Below are positions 39,413-46,470 of a DNA stretch of 64,000 bases, in pieces (within the stretch, counting starts at the first letter, position 1; the number at the start of each line of letters is the position of its first letter). The notes below the pieces were generated by a model. It worked only from the letters and a program-made list of their open reading frames with translations, was not told the DNA's origin and searched no databases. The DNA is from an uncultured Gemmatimonadales bacterium (GTDB taxonomy: Bacteria > Gemmatimonadota > Gemmatimonadetes > Gemmatimonadales > GWC2-71-9): positions 160,001-224,000 of the forward strand of contig CAVSQW010000012.1 of NCBI GenBank assembly GCA_963730185.1, written 5' to 3'. Made by a program: the position numbers and the translations under genes.

Positions 39413-40863
39413 GACATCCAGTTGGTGCCCGCCTCGCGGGCCCACTTGATGGTGGTCTTCCGGCTTCGGGTCCAGAACTCGATCGAGCCCCGGCCGGTCA
39501 CGTCGCCCACGCCGAACTTGGACTCGTTCCACCCGCCGAACGAGAAGGGCTCCCGGGGCACCGGGACGCCCACGTTGACGCCCACCATCCCGGCGTGGAC
39601 CCGGGACGCCACGTAGCGCGCGACCCCGCCCCGCTCGGTGTAGACCGACGCGGCGTTGCCGTAAGGCGAGCGATTCTCGACCTCGATCGCGCGGTCGACG
39701 TCGGGCACCCGGACGATCGCCAAGACCGGTCCGAACACCTCGTCCTGCGCGATCCGCATGTCGGGGCTGACGTGATCGACGATCGTGGGACCGACGTAGT
39801 AGCCCTGCTCCCGGCCGGGCACGTGAGCCTTCCGCCCGTCGAGGATGACCGTGGCGCCGGCCGCTTCGGCTTCGTCGATGTAGCCGATGATCCGGTCGCG
39901 CGCCTCGGCCGAGATGACCGGTCCGAGGGTCTGGCCGGGAACGAGGGCCTTGGCGATCTCCACCATCCGGGCGACGATCGGATCGACGTCGTCGACCGCG
40001 ACCATCACCGACGCCGCCATGCAGCGCTGGCCGGCGCAGCCCGCCATCGACGCCACGATGTTGCCGGCCGCCATTTCCCGGTCGGCGTCGGGCAGCACGA
40101 TCAGATGGTTCTTGGCTCCACCTAACGCCAGACAACGCTTCAGGTTCTGGGTTGCCCGGCGGTAGACCACCTTGGCCGTCCGGGTCGAGCCGACGAAGCT
40201 GATCGCCTCGATCCCGGGATGGTCGCAGATGGCCTCGACCGCTTCGCGGCCGCCGTGGACCACGTTGAACACCCCCTTCGGGAGCCCCGCCTCCTCCAGG
40301 AGCTCGCCGATCCGGACGGCCGAGAGCGGCACCAGCTCCGAGGGCTTGAGGACCATCGCGTTGCCTAACGCGATGGCGTTCGGAATGGTCCAGTGGGGCA
40401 CCATGTTCGGGAAGTTGAACGGGGTGATCGACGCCACCACCCCGAGTGCCAGGCGGTCGATCCGGCAGTCCACGCCCCGGCTCACCTCGAGGATCTCGCC
40501 CGGCGCCGTCTGCGGCAGGGCGCAGGCGAATTCGACCACCTCGATCGCCTTCTCCACTTCCGCCCGGGCCTCGGACTCGATCTTTCCGTTCTCCTCCGTC
40601 ACCAACGCGGCGAGCTCGGGGAGATGGCGCTCGAGCAGCGTCTTGTAGCGGTAGAAGACCTGGACCCGCTCCTTGATCGGGAGCGCGGACCAGTCGGGGA
40701 ACGCCGCCTTGGCCACCTGCACGGCCCGGTCGACCTCGGCGGAGCCGCCGAGGGGCACTTGGGAGATGACCTCGCCGACTCCGGGATCGAAGACGTCGAG
40801 GACGGCGGCCCCGCCGGAAATCGGCTGGCCCCCGATATAGTGCGAAACGGCAGGATATCTCAT
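39409..40863 (-). CDS. mmsA: CoA-acylating methylmalonate/malonate-semialdehyde dehydrogenase
   Basis: ITPFNFP, KPSE, SFVGST, LGGAKNH, AGQRCMA, EVFGP, GVNVGVPVP and FSFGGW. The start could alternatively be GTG 40896. Confidence 0.9.
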   Translation of the reverse strand: MRYPAVSHYIGGQPISGGAAVLDVFDPGVGEVISQVPLGGSAEVDRAVQVAKAAFPDWSALPIKERVQVFYRYKTLLERHLPELAALVTEENGKIESEARAEVEKAIEVVEFACALPQTAPGEILEVSRGVDCRIDRLALGVVASITPFNFPNMVPHWTIPNAIALGNAMVLKPSELVPLSAVRIGELLEEAGLPKGVFNVVHGGREAVEAICDHPGIEAISFVGSTRTAKVVYRRATQNLKRCLALGGAKNHLIVLPDADREMAAGNIVASMAGCAGQRCMAASVMVAVDDVDPIVARMVEIAKALVPGQTLGPVISAEARDRIIGYIDEAEAAGATVILDGRKAHVPGREQGYYVGPTIVDHVSPDMRIAQDEVFGPVLAIVRVPDVDRAIEVENRSPYGNAASVYTERGGVARYVASRVHAGMVGVNVGVPVPREPFSFGGWNESKFGVGDVTGRGSIEFWTRSRKTTIKWAREAGTNWMS

Positions 40864-40977
40864 TGGCGTCGGGGTAGTTGGCTCCTCAAAGTGCACTGCC
40901 GACCCGGGCGGGCGCCAGCCGGGCCCGGCCGGCTCGCGCCAACCTCGCCGATCGGCAGTAGCTTCTCTCCCAGAGCC

Positions 40978-41613
40978 CTACCGCTCGCGCCGCCGCCCGG
41001 CCGGGCGGGGTCGGGCGCCGCGCCCGGCGCGCGGGACCAGGGTCGTCATCGCCGCGAGCACCTCGTCGAACGAGGGCATGGCGCCGACCACCGGCGTCAT
41101 GGTGGCCACCTCGAATCCGGGGCCGGGATCGAGGACGTGACGGCCGTCCGCCCTGAGCCGGGCGACGTTCCGGCACACGGCCGGCTGGGCCCACATGGCA
41201 GGATTCATCGCGGGCACGAAGAGCACCGGGCACGAGGCCGCCAGGATGGCGGCCGTCGGTCCGTCGTCGGCCAGGCCGTGCGCCGCGCGAGCCAGCAAGT
41301 TGGCGGTGGCGGGAAGCGCCACCACCAGATCGGCCCCGGCGACCGCTTCGACATGAGGCACCAGGAGATCGGCGGGCGCGTCGAAGAGGTCGAGCACCGG
41401 CTCGAGCCCGGTGACGACCCGGACGGCGTACGGCGTGACGAACCGGCGGGCGGCGGCCGAGAGGAAGACCCGCACGGTCGGCGCGAAGGTACGCCGCACC
41501 AGGAAGAGAAAAGCCGGCAACATGACGGCCGCGACGGCGCCCGACGCCGCCACGACCACCGACTCGCAGACCTTCGCCTCGGGAAGCGGATCGGGCGGGG
41601 ACTTTCTGGGCAT
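40978..41613 (-). CDS. Stand-alone HFCD flavoprotein, LanD/EpiD/MrsD-type peptidyl-cysteine decarboxylase
   Basis: SGAVAA, catalytic PHV, PATANLLARAAHG and PAMNPAMW. The clamp reads GFEVAT (like EpiD FEIS and MrsD FEIAT) and lacks the LACG Cys of PPC decarboxylases. No CoaB domain. Confidence 0.8.
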   Translation of the reverse strand: MPRKSPPDPLPEAKVCESVVVAASGAVAAVMLPAFLFLVRRTFAPTVRVFLSAAARRFVTPYAVRVVTGLEPVLDLFDAPADLLVPHVEAVAGADLVVALPATANLLARAAHGLADDGPTAAILAASCPVLFVPAMNPAMWAQPAVCRNVARLRADGRHVLDPGPGFEVATMTPVVGAMPSFDEVLAAMTTLVPRAGRGARPRPAGRRRER

Positions 41614-41665
41614 GGGCGGCTCGGAGCGGAGTGAGCCCCAATCTAACGATCGAGCGAGGTGAGCG

Positions 41666-43088
41666 ATGCTGGGAATCCCGTACCCGACCCGCCGGCTCAG
41701 GGCCCGTCACCACCACCAGCTGCTCGTCCGGTTCCGCGACGAGGCGATCGAGAGCGCCGGCAGTCGCATTCTCGCGCGCGAGCATCCCGGCCTGGCGCTC
41801 TTGCACCAGCACGATCGGGCGGGAAGGCTCCGGCGCTTCGTCTCACTGCATCCCCGGGTGCAGTGCGATCTCTCGGCCGATCGCGGCGCCCGGGTGACCG
41901 GCGGGTTCCAAGCCGCGGCGCGCTTCCACCGCCGCGAGGACCTGCTGGGTCACCACGCCCGGGCCTTCCTGGTGGAAGTCGAGTCGAGGACCGCAGACGC
42001 CGTGAGCGACCTCCGGCGAGCCCTGGCGGCCGACCCGAACGTGGAGCACGTGGAGATCGCTCCGATGCGATATCTCTGGGCGGCGCCACCGACGCGCGCG
42101 CCGGACGGGCTTCCCCCGACCCGCCATTGGAACCTGGACCGGATCCACTTCTGGGCCGCCGTCAACCGGAAGGGCTTCAAGAACGCGGACGGGATTCCGG
42201 TGGCGGTGCTCGACTCGGGCGTCCAGACCGACCACCCGGCGCTTCGTCATTCCGTCCACCGCTACATCGTCTCGCGGCACGCCGCGCCGGGACTGGGGCG
42301 CCACGACCTGATCGGCCACGGGACCCACGTGTCGGGCATCATCGCGGCCCGCCGGCGCCGCGCCATGGACCCCCGGGGAATCTGCCAGTGCGACCTCCGG
42401 GTCTGGAAGATCTTCGACGACGAGCCGAGCTACGACGACCAGATCAAGGTCTTCTATTACACCGTGGACATGGCGCTCTACCTCCAGGCGATGGTGGACT
42501 GCCTCCTTCAGCGGGTGAAGGTGATCAACCTGAGCCTCGGTGGACCGGCCAAGCCGGGGCGAAAGAGCCAGGAGCGGATCCTGTACGACGACCTCATCGC
42601 CCAGGGAGCCACCCTGGTGGCCGCGATGGGCAACGCGCGGGCGGCGGGGAGCCCGCCGTCGTATCCGGCCGCGCTGCCGGGGGTGGTGGCGGTCGGGGCC
42701 GTGGGCCTCGACGATCGGGTGGCGCCCTTCTCGAGCCGGGGGCGGCACATCGCGCTCGCGGCGCCGGGGGTCTCGATCTGGTCGACCTTGCCCAACTACG
42801 CCGGGCAAATCGGCTTCCACCCCCGGCGCGGGGTCCGGGGCACCCCCGGGTCGGGGCGGCGATGCCCAGGAACACCGGGGGAGACGCCTGGCCCGGCACG
42901 TCGATGGCGACCCGCACGTGACCGCCGCCGCCGCGCTGCTCCTGGCCAATCGAGGCACCATGAGCGGTTCCGACGTTCGCCAGGCCTTGATGAAGAGCGC
43001 GGGACCGCTGGCCGGCATGAAGCGGAGCCGCTGGACCCCCGATCACGGCGCCGGCATGCTCGATCTCGCCAAGCTGCTCGCCCCCTGA
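41666..43088 (+). CDS. S8 subtilisin-like protease without signal peptide (candidate RiPP leader peptidase); two frameshifts near 42860 and 42912
   Basis: VAVLDSG (Asp), GHGTHVSG (His), AAMGN (oxyanion Asn). GTSMAT and PHVTAAAALL (Ser) are recovered across the frame changes. Confidence 0.8.
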
Positions 43089-43122
43089 CTCCAATCCCGC
43101 CGCATCGACCCGGAGTGATCCC

Positions 43123-44623
43123 TTGAGCGCTCCCCAGAAGCCAACCGTCCCGGTCCCGCAGGGCATGCTGTCCGATCTCGATCCGCTCGCGACCCCCGGC
43201 CCGAAGAAGACGGTGGTGGTGCTCGGGGCGGGGCTGGCCGGGCTCTCCGCCGCCTACCAGCTGGTGCGAGCCGGCCACCAGGTCACCGTCGTCGAGGCGC
43301 GCGACCGGGTGGGAGGGCGGATCGAGACCATCCGGACGCCGTTCACGGACGGCCAGTACGCGGAAGCGGGCGCCCTGTTCCTTCCGGCGCACCATCCGCT
43401 CACGATGGGATATGCCCAGCAGTTCAAGCTGCCGCTGGTCACGATCTCAACCTCCAAGGATCCCTGCCTCTGGTACGTGAACGGAGCCCGGATCGCGAAC
43501 CCGACCGACCCCGCCGCGGCCTGGCCGTTCCCGCTCTGGCCCGAGGAACAGAGGGGCGGAATCATCGGGATGATGACCCAGTACGTGCTCGGGCCGGTCG
43601 GGTCGGTCGGCGATCCGCGAGCCGCCGGATGGCCGCCGGCGACCGTGGCCCAGTACGACACCATGTCGCTCTGGGAGCTGCTCCGCTCCCGCGGGGCGTC
43701 ACCGGGCGCGATCAGCATCGTCCGCCGGGGTTACCTCGACCTCTCGGGCGACGGCATCGAAGCCTGCTCGGCGCTGGCCATCCTCCGCGACCTGGCCTCG
43801 CAGAGTGGCGGGATGCCGCCCCACCACCGGATCAAGCCGCCCCCCAACCCGGACGCCGACGATCCCTTGCTCGAGCACAGCATCACCGGCGGGAACGACG
43901 CCTTGCCTCGCGCCTTCGCGGCCCAGCCCGAGCTGGCGGGCAAGATCACCTTGAGCACACCGATCGCCCGGCTCGAAGCCGGCGCCGGCGGCCGGGTGGC
44001 CTGCGTGGCCGCCGACGGCCGGCGGTTCGAGGGCGATCAGGTGATCTGCACCATTCCCTTCTCGGTCCTTCGCACCCTGGACCTGGCCGTGCCCCTCTCC
44101 GACGCCAAGCGCCGGGCGATCGCCCGGCTGGAGCACACGTCCGTAACCCGCACCTTCCTGCAGTGTTCGCGTCGGCTCTGGCGGGAGCGGCAGATGCCGT
44201 GGGTGGCGAACACCGACCTCGACGTGATGTGGCTCAACGAACCGACCGCCGATCAGACCGGCACCCCCGGGATCCTCGAGTCGTTTGCGGCCGGGCCGGC
44301 CGCCCGCCGGTTCGCCGCGATGGCCGAGGCCGACCGGCACCAAGCGGTGGCGGAGGAGATGGATCAGCGTCTATCCCGGGGTCAAGGCGCTGATGCAATG
44401 CGGCGCCTCGAAGTGCTGGGACCAGGATCCCTGGGCCCGAGGCGATTACTGCTGGTTCCTGCCCGGCGACATGCGGGCCCTGGGACCGACCTTGCCGGCG
44501 GCGGAAGGAAACGTGCACTTCGCCGGGGACCACACGTCGGTGATGCCGGGATGGATTCAGGGCGCGTTCGAGAGCGGACACCGGGCGGCGCAGGAGGTCA
44601 ACGCCGCCCCGGCCGGGTCGTGA
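43123..44623 (+). CDS. Flavin monoamine oxidase / L-amino-acid oxidase family protein; one frameshift near 44368
   Basis: GAGLAGL..EARDRVGGR and AEAGA. The C-terminal WDQDPWARG..HFAGDHTS..WIQGAFESG is in frame 44285..44623. Confidence 0.8.
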
Positions 44624-44630
44624 CGGCGGG

Positions 44631-46016
44631 TCAGTCGGCCGGAGTTCCCAGGAGGAACTCGCCCACCGGCGACTCCGCTTCGTAGCGGGTTCCGATGGCC
44701 TCGAGCAGGAGATCGGCCGGGCCCGAGCCGAGGGCGCAGGGCGCCAGGTTCATGGCGGTGGCGACGAGGTACATGGTCTGGAGCAGCACCCCGACGTCCT
44801 TGAGGACCACCGCGTAGGTGATGCCTTCGTATTTCCAGGACACCCGGCGAAAGCGAGCGGTCAGGACCAGCAGCACCTGGTGTTCGTGGGTCCCGTACTC
44901 GCCCACGTTCACGTGGGCGAGTAGCCGGCGGACCAGCGACGGGTGGCCCAGCGACTCGAGCCCGTGCCGGCCCGGGTCGTAGTGGTAGATCCCCCGAGCC
45001 AGCCCGCGGCACCGGTTCACGGCAAGGTAGATCTCCAGCTCGTAGCAGGCGCCGCCGCCGGGATAGGGCCGGCGGCTGGCCGGATAGAGGAGCTCCTTGC
45101 CGTCGGCGGGGATCGCGGTGTCGAGCCGGGCCGCGCGATGGAGGAACTCGCCTAGCATGTCGCGATCGATCGCGCGACGGGCGTGGCGGCGCCGACTCCG
45201 TCGCGCCTCGAGGACCTCGGTGAAGGAACGGTCGCGACGGCGAAGTCGGGCCAGGTCGGCTCGGGGCAGCGCGATGAAGGCGCCGGCCGCCGGTGGACGG
45301 GTGACTGGCGCGGGCGCCACGTCGCGGAAGGGATAGGTGGCGCCGGTCGGACCGTCGCGGCGGCCGGGCCGGCTCCGGGCGTGAAAGAGGAGATCCACCG
45401 GGCTCCACCCTACCAGATCGGGATCGAGCGCCTCGGCCGCCCTTCCTTCCGGGCACCGGCTCACCAGCTCGGCCGCGGCCAGCAGCTGGACCAGCTCGCC
45501 CGCGACGCGAACGCTCACGCCGGCCGCCGCCGCCAGCTCGGCGACGGTGCCGGGCCGGCTCAGATGCGACACCAGCGCCATGCCCGCCGGCGTGGGCAGC
45601 TCCACTCGAAGGCCGGAGCGCGGGGTCTCGAGCGACCAGCCATCGTCGCGCCGGGTCAGGACGGCGAAGCGGGAGAGCACCATCGGGCCGTCGAGCGGCG
45701 GAGCCGGCGCCACCGGCGCGCCGGCCATCGGGGTGAGCCGAGCCAGCACCCGACGCCGGTGCCGGAGACTGACCACGACGGCGCCGGCCCGGCGGAGCCG
45801 ATGCAGGAAGTGGATCCAGGCCGCCAGCGCGATCGGATCATCGGCGGCTCGCGCCGCCGCCAGCTCGGCCTCGGAGCCGCCGACCGCCAGAACGCGCAAC
45901 GCGCGCCGGACCCCCTGGTCCGGCGCGCGCCACGTGACCGTACGACGGCCCGATCGGACTGCGACGGCCCGCGGCGTCTCGATCGCTCGAGTGCCGGAGG
46001 CCAGTGTGAAGATCAG
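44631..46016 (-). CDS. SagB/McbC-type FMN-dependent azoline dehydrogenase
   Basis: Nitroreductase motifs RRSRR, RPYPGGGACYELEIY, GIYHYDP, catalytic WKY and QTMYLVATAMNLAPCALG. Start uncertain; placed at the CTG overlapping the precursor stop. Confidence 0.85.
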   Translation of the reverse strand: MIFTLASGTRAIETPRAVAVRSGRRTVTWRAPDQGVRRALRVLAVGGSEAELAAARAADDPIALAAWIHFLHRLRRAGAVVVSLRHRRRVLARLTPMAGAPVAPAPPLDGPMVLSRFAVLTRRDDGWSLETPRSGLRVELPTPAGMALVSHLSRPGTVAELAAAAGVSVRVAGELVQLLAAAELVSRCPEGRAAEALDPDLVGWSPVDLLFHARSRPGRRDGPTGATYPFRDVAPAPVTRPPAAGAFIALPRADLARLRRRDRSFTEVLEARRSRRRHARRAIDRDMLGEFLHRAARLDTAIPADGKELLYPASRRPYPGGGACYELEIYLAVNRCRGLARGIYHYDPGRHGLESLGHPSLVRRLLAHVNVGEYGTHEHQVLLVLTARFRRVSWKYEGITYAVVLKDVGVLLQTMYLVATAMNLAPCALGSGPADLLLEAIGTRYEAESPVGEFLLGTPAD

Positions 46017-46378
46017 CAGACGAGTGTCGCGGTGAACTGCGCCGCGAGCTTTCGGTGGCTCCCCTTGTTCGACTCGCGAATCCCGCGGGGCTTGGGCGGC
46101 ACCACCAGATGGTAGTGGCCCTTCCCTTCCTCGTGAATGTGCACCTTGGCGCCGGGCGGCAAGGTGATGCCTTCCTCCTTGAGCACCTTCTTGGGGTTGG
46201 CCTTGACCCGCTTCCGGTATTCCGGATCGCCCCACATCCCGGCGATGAACCGAGCGTAGCGCTTCTGGTCGCGCGGGGAGCTCTTCTTCGCCTTCTTCGC
46301 GGTCGACCGCTTGGCCGAGGCCTTTCTGGCCGGCCGCTTCGCGGTCTTCTTTGCCGACTTTCTAGTCGTCTTTTTCAT
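46013..46378 (-). CDS. NHLP (nitrile hydratase-like leader) RiPP precursor, 121 aa, with basic N-terminal tail and C-terminal ...AQFTATLVC
   Basis: ATG 46378 with AAGGAG 7 nt upstream. NHLP-like RFIAGMWGDPEYRKRVKANPKKVLKEEGITLPPGAKVHIHEE..HLVVPPKP. Lies between YcaO and SagB. Confidence 0.85.
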   Translation of the reverse strand: MKKTTRKSAKKTAKRPARKASAKRSTAKKAKKSSPRDQKRYARFIAGMWGDPEYRKRVKANPKKVLKEEGITLPPGAKVHIHEEGKGHYHLVVPPKPRGIRESNKGSHRKLAAQFTATLVC

Positions 46379-46439
46379 CCGCCCGCTCCTTGCTGTATGA
46401 GTTGAAGAGCTACGGCATGCGACGGGACCGACGCCGGGG

Positions 46440-46468
46440 GATATAGGCGCATTGCGGATGCGGCGCAA
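46440..46468 (-). promoter_or_regulatory. Candidate internal sigma70 promoter for the precursor gene
   Basis: On the minus strand, TTGCGC (46468-46463), N17, TATATC (46445-46440), starting 2 bp after the YcaO stop. Confidence 0.5.
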
Positions 46469-46470
46469 GC

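Noticed and set aside
40978..41613. coaBC/dfp housekeeping gene
   Set aside because: It has no CoaB domain and no LACG catalytic Cys, and the clamp resembles LanD enzymes.
46013..46378. Nitrile hydratase alpha subunit
   Set aside because: It lacks the CxxCSC metal-binding motif, is too short and has no beta subunit nearby. It fits an NHLP precursor.
44631..46378. Precursor-SagB fusion broken by a sequencing frameshift
   Set aside because: The SagB frame is open across the precursor but reads as non-protein-like there. The clean Cys-stop matches the neighbouring LanD. Not fully excluded without reads.
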